A DNA stretch of 32,000 nucleotides from Buchnera aphidicola str. APS (Acyrthosiphon pisum). GTDB lineage: Bacteria; Pseudomonadota; Gammaproteobacteria; Enterobacterales; Enterobacteriaceae. This document shows positions 11,230 to 24,744 of the stretch, in pieces. The position numbers were made by a program, and so were the translations under genes. The stretch is taken from contig NC_002528.1 of the NCBI RefSeq assembly GCF_000009605.1, positions 60,001 to 92,000 of the forward strand, written 5' to 3'. The first letter of the stretch is position 1. The number at the start of each line of letters is the position of its first letter. A model generated the notes under the pieces. The model was not told the DNA's origin and did not search any database. It saw nothing but the letters and a program-made list of their open reading frames with translations.

Positions 11230-12177
11230 TTATAGTTCAGAAAATAATTCTGTACTTAAATAACGTTCTCCTGAAGAAGGTAAAATAACAACTATTTTTT
11301 TGTCTGAAAATTTTTTTTGCTGTTGGATTTTTATTGCTGCATATAACGCAGCACCAGAAGAGATTCCTGCTAGTATACCTTCTTTTTTCATTAATTCTTT
11401 AGCCGTTAATATTGCTTCTTCACTAGAAACAGTAATAACTTGATCGATTATTGTTAAATCTAAGTTTTTGGGTATAAAACCAGGCCCAATTCCTTGAATT
11501 TTATGTGGTCCAGGCTCGATTGCTTTTCCTGCTAAAAATTGTGTGATTACAGGTGATTCAGAAGGTTCAACAGCTATACTGATTAAATTTTTTTTTCTTT
11601 TTATTTTTTTGATATATCTTGTGATACCAGTAATTGTGCCACCCGTTCCTACAGCAGAAATTAAAATATCTAAATTGCCATTAGTATCGTTCCATATTTC
11701 TGGTCCAGTAGTAATTTGATGAATTTCAGGATTAGCTGGATTCTCAAATTGTTTTAATAAAAAATATTTACTTGGATTGCGAGATATAATATCATTTGCC
11801 TTAGAAATAGCTCCCTTCATGCCATATCTTCCATCGGTTAAAATCAATTCTGCACCTAAAGATTTTAATATTTTTTTCCGCTCAATAGACATGGTTTCAG
11901 GCATAGTTAGAGTTAATCGATAATTTCTAGAAGCTGCAACATAAGCTAATGCTATTCCTGTATTACCACTAGTCGCCTCGATTAGTTTTACATTTTTATT
12001 TATATTATTATTTTTTTCGGCGTGCCATATCATATTAGCACCAATTCTACATTTAACACTAAAACTTGGATTTCTAGATTCTATTTTTACTAAAATATTT
12101 CCATTTCCAATTCTATTTAAACGAACTAGAGGTGTATTACCAATAGTTAAAGAATTATCTTGATATATTTTACTCAT
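11230..12177 (-). CDS. cysK: Cysteine synthase A
   Basis: 315 aa; [20 protein letters not shown] (PLP lysine), [31 protein letters not shown]. Upstream of ptsHI-crr as in enterics. Confidence 0.97.
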   Translation of the reverse strand: MSKIYQDNSLTIGNTPLVRLNRIGNGNILVKIESRNPSFSVKCRIGANMIWHAEKNNNINKNVKLIEATSGNTGIALAYVAASRNYRLTLTMPETMSIERKKILKSLGAELILTDGRYGMKGAISKANDIISRNPSKYFLLKQFENPANPEIHQITTGPEIWNDTNGNLDILISAVGTGGTITGITRYIKKIKRKKNLISIAVEPSESPVITQFLAGKAIEPGPHKIQGIGPGFIPKNLDLTIIDQVITVSSEEAILTAKELMKKEGILAGISSGAALYAAIKIQQQKKFSDKKIVVILPSSGERYLSTELFSEL

Positions 12178-12365
12178 TTTTTTCCTTATTTTTAAATTTT
12201 TTCCTGTGACATAATAATTACATCATATTAAATTGAATATTATTCCAGTGTTATAGTTAAATATTTTTTATTATCTTTTCTAGTGGAACTTATTTTAAAA
12301 TATTGTTTTTAATTGCAAATAAAAATTATATAATAAAAAATATCTTAAACTATCAATATTATTAA

Positions 12366-14459
<2,094 letters not shown>

Positions 14460-14471
14460 TAGTATATTTTT

Positions 14472-14544
14472 TGGGTCGTGCAGGATTTGAACCTGCGACC
14501 AATTGATTAAAAGTCAACTGCTCTACCAACTGAGCTAACGACCC
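14472..14544 (-). tRNA. tRNA-Lys (UUU)
   Basis: 73-nt cloverleaf: gggtcgttagctcagttggtagagcagttgacttttaatcaattggtcgcaggttcaaatcctgcacgaccca; anticodon TTT; 3' CCA not encoded. Confidence 0.97.
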
Positions 14545-14572
14545 TTTTAAAGAGTTTTTCAATGATGTTTTA

Positions 14573-14645
14573 TGGGTGATGACGGACTCGAACCGCCGAC
14601 TTCCTCCGTGTAAAGGAGGAGCTCTACCAACTGAGCTAATCACCC
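14573..14645 (-). tRNA. tRNA-Val (UAC)
   Basis: 73-nt cloverleaf: gggtgattagctcagttggtagagctcctcctttacacggaggaagtcggcggttcgagtccgtcatcaccca; anticodon TAC; 3' CCA not encoded. Confidence 0.97.
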
Positions 14646-14663
14646 TTTTCTACACCTATTTAT

Positions 14664-14691
14664 ATTGTAAAGATAGATGTGATAGAGTCAA
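14664..14691 (-). promoter_or_regulatory. Sigma-70 promoter for tRNA-Val/tRNA-Lys
   Basis: Minus strand TTGACT (14691-14686) - 16 nt - TACAAT (14669-14664), 18 nt upstream of the tRNA-Val 5' end. Confidence 0.65.
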
Positions 14692-14770
14692 TCTTTTTTT
14701 AAAAAATAATATTTGTTTGGTGTAAATTTAATCATAATGATTAAATTATAATCTATTTTCTGAGGAATAC

Positions 14771-16174
14771 ATGAAAGTAAAAACTCGTTTTGCACCTAGT
14801 CCCACTGGAAACTTACATATTGGAAGCATTCGTACTGCTTTGTATTCTTGGTTGTTTGCAAGACATCATAATGGAAAGTTCGTATTGCGTATAGAAGATA
14901 CGGATCTAGTACGTTCTGAATTAATTTCTATAGATTCTATTTTTAATGGATTAAAATGGTTGGGTCTCAATTGGGATGAAGGTCCTTATTTTCAAACTAA
15001 ACGATTAGATAGATATAAAGAAGTTATTAATGTTATGTTAGAAAAAGAAGATGCATATATTTGCGTGTGCTCTTGTCAAGAATTAGAAGAAATACGAAAG
15101 AAACAAATTGAAAAAGGTAATAAACCACGCTATCCTGGTACATGTAGAAATTTAAATATCAAGAATATATCAAATCAAAATCATGTAATAAGGTTTAAAA
15201 ATCCACTTTTTGGAAAAGTAAAATTTCAAGATAAAATTCGAGGAGAAATTGTTTTTGATAATGCTGAATTAGATGATCTTGTTATTCAACGTTCTAACGG
15301 TATGCCTACTTATAACTTTTGTGTCGTCGTCGACGATATGGATATGAAAATTACTCATGTTATTCGTGGAGAGGATCACATTAGTAATACACCCCGTCAA
15401 ATCAATATTTTGAATTCTTTAAAAGTAAAAATACCTGTGTATGCACATTTATCAATGATTTTAGATGAGAAAGGTAATAAAATTTCTAAAAGAAAAAATG
15501 CTATAAATATAATTGAATACTATGAAAATGGATTTTTGCCAGAAGCATTATTAAATTATATCATACGATTAGGTTGGTCTTATGGCGACAAAGAGATATT
15601 TAACCTCTCAGAAATGAAAGAATTATTTAATTTAAAATCTATTACTAAATCTTCTAGTACAGTAAATTTTAAAAAACTTTTATGGATGAATAAATATTAT
15701 ATTAATAATTCACCATTAGATTATGTTTCTGACTGCCTTAAGAATTACATGGAAAAGAAAAATATTAATGTAGAAAAGGGTCCTGATTTAGAATTGTTAG
15801 TTAAATTATTTAGAAGTCGTCATCATACTTTAAAAGAAATAACAGAATCTTGTCGATATTTTTACGAAGAAATTAATTTTTTTAATCATACAGTCATAGA
15901 AAAATATTTTACAAGAAAAAATTGTTTTATTTTACAAACATGTTATAAGAAAATTGAAAAATTATCTATTTGGGACAACAAAAATATATCTAAAATAATC
16001 AATGACGTATCTGAATTAATCAAAGTTACAAAAAAAGAAATTAGTATGATATTACGTATCTCTATGACAGGAGATATCTGTTCGCCTAGTATAAGTACTG
16101 TCATACTTTTAATTGGAAAAGAAAAAGCTTTATTAAGAATCAATAACGTTGTTAATTATATTAAAAATTTATAA
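14771..16174 (+). CDS. gltX: Glutamyl-tRNA synthetase
   Basis: 467 aa; [39 protein letters not shown] and KISKRKNA (KMSKS-type) motif. Confidence 0.98.
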   Translation: MKVKTRFAPSPTGNLHIGSIRTALYSWLFARHHNGKFVLRIEDTDLVRSELISIDSIFNGLKWLGLNWDEGPYFQTKRLDRYKEVINVMLEKEDAYICVCSCQELEEIRKKQIEKGNKPRYPGTCRNLNIKNISNQNHVIRFKNPLFGKVKFQDKIRGEIVFDNAELDDLVIQRSNGMPTYNFCVVVDDMDMKITHVIRGEDHISNTPRQINILNSLKVKIPVYAHLSMILDEKGNKISKRKNAINIIEYYENGFLPEALLNYIIRLGWSYGDKEIFNLSEMKELFNLKSITKSSSTVNFKKLLWMNKYYINNSPLDYVSDCLKNYMEKKNINVEKGPDLELLVKLFRSRHHTLKEITESCRYFYEEINFFNHTVIEKYFTRKNCFILQTCYKKIEKLSIWDNKNISKIINDVSELIKVTKKEISMILRISMTGDICSPSISTVILLIGKEKALLRINNVVNYIKNL

Positions 16175-16210
16175 AAATAGTATTTTTCAATATCTTTATC
16201 TGAGACATAT

Positions 16211-16307
16211 AAAAATTATTTATAAAAAATTTGACACATATGATTTTTAGTAAGATTATGTTTAAGTTTTTACAAAAAATACATTTAAAAAATTATTTAT
16301 AAAAAAT
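16211..16307 (+). repeat. 20-bp exact direct repeat aaaaattatttataaaaaat (16211-16230 and 16288-16307)
   Basis: Two exact copies with 77-nt period. Each is followed by TTGACA, immediately in copy 1 (16231) and after 3 nt in copy 2 (16311). Confidence 0.85.
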
Positions 16308-16310
16308 AAA

Positions 16311-16339
16311 TTGACAGGATTCATGTGTTTTTATATTGT
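16311..16339 (+). promoter_or_regulatory. Sigma-70 promoter for tRNA-Ala
   Basis: TTGACA (16311-16316) then tattgt with 17-nt spacing (16334-16339), or TATATT at 16332-16337 with 15-nt spacing; tRNA starts at 16348. Confidence 0.6.
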
Positions 16340-16347
16340 AATATTTT

Positions 16348-16420
16348 GGGGCTATAGCTCATTTGGTAGAGCGCTTGCATGGCATGCAAGATGTCAGCGG
16401 TTCGATTCCGCTTAGCTCCA
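16348..16420 (+). tRNA. tRNA-Ala (GGC)
   Basis: ggggctatagctcatttggtagagcgcttgcatggcatgcaagatgtcagcggttcgattccgcttagctcca. Anticodon loop ATGGCAT, anticodon GGC; 3' CCA not encoded. Confidence 0.97.
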
Positions 16421-16513
16421 CGAAATTTATTCTTTTAGATTGAAAATTTTATAAAAAATATTTTTTAACGCTGTGCTAAATTTTTTTTTATTCAGCACAG
16501 TAACTTTTATAAA

Positions 16514-16810
16514 TTATATTTGTTGACTCATAATTTCTTGATAAGCTGATACAATTTTATTTCTTATTTGTACTGCTAATTGCATAGAAATAGAAGATTT
16601 TTCTAAATTGATCATTACATCGTTTAGAGAAATTCCTGATTGATTTAATATGAATTTTTCAGAATCAATTTTTGCATGATTTTGATTTTTGCTTATTTCT
16701 CCTAGTGCTATTTTTATATAGTCTATAAAATTTTCACTGTCTTTTTTTTGTGCGTCTAACAAATTAAATTTTGTATTAATATTTTGATGATTGATATTTT
16801 CAATAAACAT
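16514..16810 (-). CDS. fliE: Flagellar hook-basal body protein FliE
   Basis: 98 aa ending SGISLNDVMINLEKSSISMQLAVQIRNKIVSAYQEIMSQQI; divergent from fliF as in enterics. Confidence 0.93.
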   Translation of the reverse strand: MFIENINHQNINTKFNLLDAQKKDSENFIDYIKIALGEISKNQNHAKIDSEKFILNQSGISLNDVMINLEKSSISMQLAVQIRNKIVSAYQEIMSQQI

Positions 16811-17073
16811 AATCTTCCTCTATAAAAAAAAATAATTTTTATATGTTTAAATTTTTCAAATACTATCATATCTTTATCAAGATAAAAATAATATCTTCAT
16901 AAAAGATAAATATATAATATTAAAATTAAATAATATTTTTTATATATATATTCTTAATAAGCATTGAATTAAAATTAATTTAACAGGAAATTTTTTTATT
17001 TCATACTATTGGTGTATGTTGTAGTTTTCACTAAATTATAGTTAGAAATAATTATATTAGATAGGAAGATTTC

Positions 17074-18711
17074 ATGAATTTCAGTACTATAGAAGAGTCC
17101 GTTTTAAAAGAGAAAAAAAAATTTAATAATTTTTTATCTGGTTTTTTAAAAAATTCTCGTTTTTTAATTATTTTATTAACAGCTGCAGCTATTACTGCTG
17201 TTTCTATTTCAGTATGGATTAAATCTCCTGAGTATCAAGTTTTGTATAATCACTTATCTAATGAAGATCGTGGATCTATTATTAACGAATTAAACGAAAT
17301 GAAAATTCCTTATCAATTCACTGATTCTGATGGTCCAATATTAGTTCCAAAAGATAAAGTATATGAAATTCGATTGCGTTTAGCAGAAAATAATTTGCCT
17401 AGAGGCGGGAGTATTGGATTTGAATTATTAGATAAAGAAAAATTTGGAATTAGTCAATACAATGAACAAATAAATTATCATCGTGCTTTAGAAGGAGAAT
17501 TAGCTCGAACTATAAAAAAAATTAATTCTGTAAAAAATGCCAGAATACATATAGCATTTTCTAAATCATCACTATTTTTACAGGATAAAAAGAAATCATC
17601 AGCTTCAATTATTTTAGAATTACAACCAGGAAGAAATCTAAATACAGGTCAAATTAATGCTATAATGCATTTAATTTCAAGTAGTATATCTGACCTTCCA
17701 GTGGAAAATATTACTATTGTAGATCAATCAGGTAAGTTATTAAATCAAACTTCTGTGGAATATGATCAGGTGAATGATTCACAATTTAAATATACTGAAG
17801 AGATTGAAACTCGCTATAGAAATAGAATAAAAAATATTTTAGAACCATTAGTGGGAATTGGGAATATTTACGCTCAAGTTACTGCTCAGATAGATTTTAA
17901 TGCACAAGAAAAAACACAGGAAAAATATTCACCAAATAGTGATCATAAAAATCAATCAATAAGATCGCATCAAATAATTATTCACAACGAAATAGAAAAG
18001 AGCAATATTCAAGAAGAGACGCCTATTCCTTTATCTAACTCTAATAATCATGTTTATTTTAATAATAATATTAAAAATAGTAAAAATTTAAAAAATAATT
18101 ATATTCCTGTTGATAGTAAAATTAATCGTGATAACACAGTAAATTATGAATTAAATCATAGTGTATCACATACAAAAATGAACATAGGAGAAATTAAAAG
18201 GTTATCAGCAGCAGTTATAGTGAACTTTTCTAAAGATAAAAATGGAAAATTTGTCCCTTTAAGCACACAAAAAATAAAAAATATTGAACATTTAATACGA
18301 GAAGCAATAGGATATTCGAAAGCTCGAGGAGATAGTGTTCATCTTGTTAATGCATCATTTGCTAAATATGATCAAAAAATACCAGTTCATATAAATCATA
18401 TAAATACTTTTAGAAAATCAAATTTTTTATATAATTTTGCACCATGGTTTTGTTCTTTTGCACTTCTTTTTCTTTTATTAAAAAAGTACATATGTCCTTT
18501 TTCAAAAAATAATACGTTTCAAAATACAATACCTGTACAAGAAAAAAAAAGTATAGATACACGTAATATTATAGAAAAAAATACTTTTCAAGTAGATCTT
18601 CAAAATAATACTAATACAGATAAATTAATTCATAAAATTTGTAATATATCTAATCAGAATCCACGTACTATAGCGTTGATTATTCGTCAATGGATGAGTG
18701 ATAAAATATGA
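17074..18711 (+). CDS. fliF: Flagellar MS-ring protein FliF
   Basis: 545 aa; WIKSPEYQVLYNHLSNEDRGSIINELNEMKIPYQ, LARTIKKINSVKNARIHIAF. Confidence 0.96.
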   Translation: MNFSTIEESVLKEKKKFNNFLSGFLKNSRFLIILLTAAAITAVSISVWIKSPEYQVLYNHLSNEDRGSIINELNEMKIPYQFTDSDGPILVPKDKVYEIRLRLAENNLPRGGSIGFELLDKEKFGISQYNEQINYHRALEGELARTIKKINSVKNARIHIAFSKSSLFLQDKKKSSASIILELQPGRNLNTGQINAIMHLISSSISDLPVENITIVDQSGKLLNQTSVEYDQVNDSQFKYTEEIETRYRNRIKNILEPLVGIGNIYAQVTAQIDFNAQEKTQEKYSPNSDHKNQSIRSHQIIIHNEIEKSNIQEETPIPLSNSNNHVYFNNNIKNSKNLKNNYIPVDSKINRDNTVNYELNHSVSHTKMNIGEIKRLSAAVIVNFSKDKNGKFVPLSTQKIKNIEHLIREAIGYSKARGDSVHLVNASFAKYDQKIPVHINHINTFRKSNFLYNFAPWFCSFALLFLLLKKYICPFSKNNTFQNTIPVQEKKSIDTRNIIEKNTFQVDLQNNTNTDKLIHKICNISNQNPRTIALIIRQWMSDKI

Positions 18712-19703
18712 TTGTAAATGGTACTGAAAAAAGTGCGTTGTTATTAATGGCAATAGGTTCTGATCAAGCAGGGGAAATATTAAAACATTTAACTCCTTTT
18801 GAAGTGCAAGAACTAATTACCGCTATGGTAAATATTAAACGAGTTTCTGCTCAAAAATTAAATGAAATATTACTACAGTGTTATAACCTTGCAATAAAAA
18901 ACAATGCATTTAACTGTAATAATAGTGATAAATATCTTATTAAGATGCTAACTAAAGCATTAGGAGAAAAAAAAGGCACGTCTCTTTTAAAAGAGGCTTT
19001 AGAAATTCGAAATGCTAGGATTTGCATTAAAGCTCTTAATTATATGAAAGCAAAACAAGTGGCTTTTTTATTAGATAAAGAGCATCCTCAAATTATTACT
19101 ACAATACTCATATGTCTAAATAAAAATCAATCAGCTGAAGTTCTTTCGTTTCTTAGTGATAAAAAACGTGCTGAAATTATTTTAAGAATTGTAGATTTTC
19201 ATGGTATTGAAGAGTCTAGTTTAGTGGAATTAACTCAGGTGATTAACAATTTATTAAAAAATAAAAAATTAATTTTATCAGAAAAAGGAGGGATAAAAAC
19301 TGCCGCTCAAATTTTAAATTCGATGAAAATAAAGCATGAGAAAGAAATTATAGAAAATATTAGTAAATCTAACGAACAATTAGCAGATAAAATTATTAAA
19401 GAAATTTTTTTATTTGAAAATTTAGTAGATTTAGATGATAAATATATTAAAATTTTACTTGAAAATATCGAAAAAGAAAAACTACACATTGCGCTTCAAA
19501 ATACTAGTCAAGCAATCAGAGAAAAGTTTTTTAAAAACATGTCTCATACAGAGTCTAACGAACTAACTTTAAATTTAGAAAAAAAATCTTATATTTCTGA
19601 TATTTCTATAAAAAATGAACAAAAACTGATTTTAATAATGCTTAAAAGCATTGTAGAAAACGGAAGAATTTCATTAAAAAATTTAAGAGAATATTATGTC
19701 TAA
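18708..19703 (+). CDS. fliG: Flagellar switch protein FliG
   Basis: 331 aa; [40 protein letters not shown]...; start overlaps the fliF stop by 4 nt. Confidence 0.95.
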
Positions 19704-20358
19704 TTTAATCTTAGAAAAAAAATGGACGAAATGGTATCCGGAAAATATATCTTTTAAAAATACAAAAAAAATTAAAAAAATTTTATGTTCTTCTAATAAT
19801 TTTAAAAAAGAAGATTTTTTTATAGATAAAAAAAATCAAAAAGATCTTACTTTTAGCAAAGAAACGTCAGAGATAAATTTAACACAAAAAAAAGCATATG
19901 AAACAGGTTTCCAAACAGGACTTCTAAAAGGCAAAGAGGAGAACACTTTGTTGAAAAATAAATTAAATGATTTATTTTTAAATTTTGAAAATTCTCTTGC
20001 TAAATTTGAAAATGAACTATGTTCTCAATTACTAAAAACAGTTTTAAAAATTTCATCTTATGTAATTGGGAAAAAAATTGATATAGATAAACAAATTTTA
20101 TTAAATTACATAAAAAAAATAATTAATAAAGAGGGTGTTTTCTTAAAAAAACCACAGTTTATAATCCATCCTAAAAATAAAACACTAATAGAAGATATTT
20201 TTAAAAAATTTTTAAATAGTCACAAATGGACTATAGTTTGTGACGACGGTATAGACTTAAATGGTTGTAAAATTAAATCAGAAAGTGTGGATATAGATGC
20301 GACCGTAGATGCTAGATGGCAGCAATTATGTCGTCTTATTTATTTAGAGGAATATTAA
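19696..20358 (+). CDS. fliH: Flagellar export apparatus stator protein FliH
   Basis: 220 aa between fliG and fliI; [10 protein letters not shown]-terminus, [16 protein letters not shown]; [18 protein letters not shown]-terminus. Confidence 0.88.
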
Positions 20359-21719
20359 TGAATTTAAGATTTGCTCAATTTTTAAAAAATATTTCTTCTT
20401 TTGAAAGTAGAATTGAGAAGCTATCTGATATTATTAATTATGGTCGTCTTGTTAGTATTAATGGATTAATTTTAGAGGTGGTAGGATTGAACACATCTAT
20501 TGGTTCAGAATGTTTAATTGAAAGAACAATAGATGGTAAAAATGCGAATATTAATGCTGAAGTGATAGGTTTTTCGGGAGAAAAAACTTTTTTATTATCT
20601 TTTGAAGACATTCATGGTATTTTTCCCGGAGCACGTGTTTTTTCAAAAATAGCTAGCAATAGCAATTTTTTTATAAAAAAATTGCCATTAGGTATGGAAT
20701 TACTAGGTAGAGTGTTAGATGGACGAGGTCAACCATTAGATCAATTGCCTAAAATTGATCATAAGTATTATTCTACGATAAAAAATTATAGTATTAATCC
20801 ATTGAATAGAACTCCAATTACTGAAGTATTAGATACTGGAATACGCGCTATTAATGGACTTTTAACTATTGGAAGAGGTCAAAAAATAGGGATTTTTTCC
20901 AGTTCTGGTATTGGTAAAAGCATTTTACTCGGAATGATAGCACGATATACACAAGCTGACATTATTGTTATTGCTTTAATAGGAGAACGAGGTCGAGAAG
21001 TAAAAGATTTTATAGAAAATATATTAGGTTTAGCAGGGTTATCACGTTCAGTAATTATCGCCGCTCCTGCAGATGTATCTCCTTTATTAAAAATAAAAGC
21101 AGCATCTTATGCTACTAATATTGCAGAATATTTTTATAAAAATAATAAACATGTATTGCTTATTATGGATTCATTGACTCGCTATGCTATGGCACAACGA
21201 GAAATTTCATTGTCTCTAGGAGAGCTACCTGTCTCTAAAGGTTATCCATCTTCTATATTTTCAAAAATTCCTAATTTAATAGAAAGAACGGGCATATTTA
21301 ATAAAAACAAAGGATCTATTACTTCATTTTACACAGTTTTAACTGAAGGTGAAGATGAACAAGATCCAGTTTCACATCTTGCTCGTTCTGTATTAGATGG
21401 ACATATTATGTTGTCGCGTTATTATGCTGATTTAGGCCATTATCCTGCTATTGATATTGAATCTTCTATTAGTCGTGTTATGCCTAACATTATTAATGCT
21501 AAACAATATTCTCAAGCTTTTTATTTTAAAAAACTAGTTGCGTCTTATCAAAGAAATCGAGATTTAATTAATATAGGGGCTTATGTGAGTGGCACTGATG
21601 TAATTTTAGATCATGCGATTAAAATTTGGCCAAAATTAGAAAAATTCTTACAGCAAGAAATCTCAGAAAAAAGTGATTATCTTTTTTCTTGTGAAGCATT
21701 AAATAAAATATTTATTTAA
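20358..21719 (+). CDS. fliI: Flagellum-specific ATPase FliI
   Basis: Walker A GIFSSSGIGKSILLGMIARYT; GERGREVKDFIENILG; LLIMDSLTRYAMAQREI. The ORF track begins at 20316, but ATG 20358 (taATG junction, preceded by AGAGG) fits a FliI start better. Confidence 0.95.
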   Translation: MNLRFAQFLKNISSFESRIEKLSDIINYGRLVSINGLILEVVGLNTSIGSECLIERTIDGKNANINAEVIGFSGEKTFLLSFEDIHGIFPGARVFSKIASNSNFFIKKLPLGMELLGRVLDGRGQPLDQLPKIDHKYYSTIKNYSINPLNRTPITEVLDTGIRAINGLLTIGRGQKIGIFSSSGIGKSILLGMIARYTQADIIVIALIGERGREVKDFIENILGLAGLSRSVIIAAPADVSPLLKIKAASYATNIAEYFYKNNKHVLLIMDSLTRYAMAQREISLSLGELPVSKGYPSSIFSKIPNLIERTGIFNKNKGSITSFYTVLTEGEDEQDPVSHLARSVLDGHIMLSRYYADLGHYPAIDIESSISRVMPNIINAKQYSQAFYFKKLVASYQRNRDLINIGAYVSGTDVILDHAIKIWPKLEKFLQQEISEKSDYLFSCEALNKIFI

Positions 21720-21742
21720 TATTTAAAGAAACTGGATATGAT

Positions 21743-22186
21743 ATGTTAATGAAACATAAAACATTTTCTCTTTTGGAAAAGATAGAAAAAAAGAAAATAG
21801 AAAAAGAAACAATTAAGATTAAAAATATTTATTTGCATAAAAAAAAGCATATCAAACAATTAAAACTACTTAGTGGTTATCAACAAGAATATTTAAGAAA
21901 AATACATGATAAATTAATATTAGGTGTGTCGGTACATCAATGGCAAAACTATAATAGTTTTATTTCTGTATTAGAAGTAATTATTCAAGATAATATAAAT
22001 ACAATCAAAAAAGACGAGAAAATAATTCAAGAAAGTTTTAAAATATGGTCGAAAAATCAAATTCAAGGTAATATTTGGAAACATTTAAATATGATACATA
22101 AAAGGAAAATATTAAGAATAAAAAAAATAAAGGACGCAATTATCAATGATAGTCATATTCAATTAAAATTTTTTAAAAAGGTGTAG
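21743..22186 (+). CDS. fliJ: Flagellar export chaperone FliJ
   Basis: 147 aa, coiled-coil-like, Lys-rich, between fliI and the fliK locus; contains LLSGYQQEYLRKIHDKLILGVSVHQWQNYNSFISVLE. Confidence 0.85.
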   Translation: MLMKHKTFSLLEKIEKKKIEKETIKIKNIYLHKKKHIKQLKLLSGYQQEYLRKIHDKLILGVSVHQWQNYNSFISVLEVIIQDNINTIKKDEKIIQESFKIWSKNQIQGNIWKHLNMIHKRKILRIKKIKDAIINDSHIQLKFFKKV

Positions 22187-22194
22187 TCATTGTA

Positions 22195-23331
22195 ATGATA
22201 GAAATAATTAGCAATATAACATCGCAAGATAACGTTTCGACTAATAAAAATAATAGTTTCTTTAATATTATTAATTCATCATATTTATTAAAATCTACTT
22301 TTAGTAGATTTAATCAATATTTTCTAAATAAAAAAATAGAATTTGATCATATTATTGCAGAAGAAAAAAAAGAGAACAAGGATAAAATTGTTATTTCCTC
22401 TCATTTTATAGTTAATTATTTATTAAATATTTTAAATCAAAAAAATACAGATTTTAATTCCAAAAACTTTAATAATTCTAAAAATGATCAAATAAAAAAA
22501 AAAAAAATAGATAACAACCAGGTTAATTTATAAAAAACGGGGCATTTTTTTAGAAACACAAAAAATACCACAGAAAAAAAATTTTTAAGAGAACTATTTA
22601 AACATAAAAATAATTTCAATAAAATTCATGAATCAAGTAATATTAAAAAAAAAAATGATTTCGACTTTAAAAATCTAAAAAATAAAACACTTCAAAAAAA
22701 AATAAATGTTTTTGACACCATTAAAAATCACATAAAAATTATAAATAACGAAGAAAAAATTATTTTGCCATTAAATATTAAAAAAAATAAAAAGATTGTA
22801 TTTGATTCTAAAAATATCAATAAAATCAATCCCATGATCAGTAAAAGACATTCATGTAAAATTCTTTCTAATAAAAAGGAATTTATAAAATCATATATAG
22901 AACCATTTATGTCGAGCGACACAAAAAATTCTATTGAATGGAAAAAATTAATTAGTCATAAAATACTTTTATCAATTTCTAATAAGTACAATCAAGCTAA
23001 GATACATTTGAAACCGGAATCGCTAGGGTCTATATATGTATCAATTAGCATGAAAAATAATATTGCCACATTAAAATTTATTTCTGAACATAATGAAGTC
23101 AAAACATTTTTAGACAGTTATATGCCTTTTTTGTATAATTCATTAAAGAAAAATGGAATTAAATTAAAAGAATTTAAGATTTCTATTTCTTCAAAAAAAA
23201 ACCAGTTAAAAAATTATAAAAACTTATTTTATAAAAATATTTATTACACAGATCATATCAAGAAAACATTAAATTGGAATGAAAAAAAAATAGACTATAT
23301 AAAAGATAAAACAATTGATGTATATGTTTAA
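22195..23331 (+). pseudogene. fliK: Flagellar hook-length control protein FliK locus, interrupted by an in-frame TAA (22531-22533)
   Basis: The 112-aa and 188-aa ORFs are in the same frame. The 77 codons between stop 22531-22533 and TTG 22765 are fully open. The C-terminal part (KIHLKPESLGSIYVSISMKNNIATLKFISEHNEVKTFLDSYMPFLYNSLKKNGIKLKEFKIS) resembles the FliK C-terminal domain. Confidence 0.8.
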
Positions 23332-23436
23332 TAAATAATATAAAATATTTATTCAAAAAATAATGATACTATTCGATATAAAAAATCAAGCGTGTTAGCT
23401 TGTCTTTTAATAACTTTTACCTGTGAGGCATGTAAA

Positions 23437-24733
<1,297 letters not shown>

Positions 24734-24744
24734 ATAAAAATTTT

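Noticed and set aside
15943-16143. 66-aa minus-strand ORF antisense to gltX
   Set aside because: Shadow ORF inside gltX.
19307-19489. 60-aa minus-strand ORF antisense to fliG
   Set aside because: Low-complexity shadow ORF in fliG.
22494-22507. A14 tract in fliK as a programmed or rescuing slippage site
   Set aside because: Both alternative frames meet a stop within three codons, so slippage cannot bypass the downstream TAA at 22531.
22728-22922. 64-aa minus-strand ORF opposite the fliK C-terminal half
   Set aside because: Phe/Leu/Ile-rich reverse of Lys/Asn-rich coding sequence; expected by composition.
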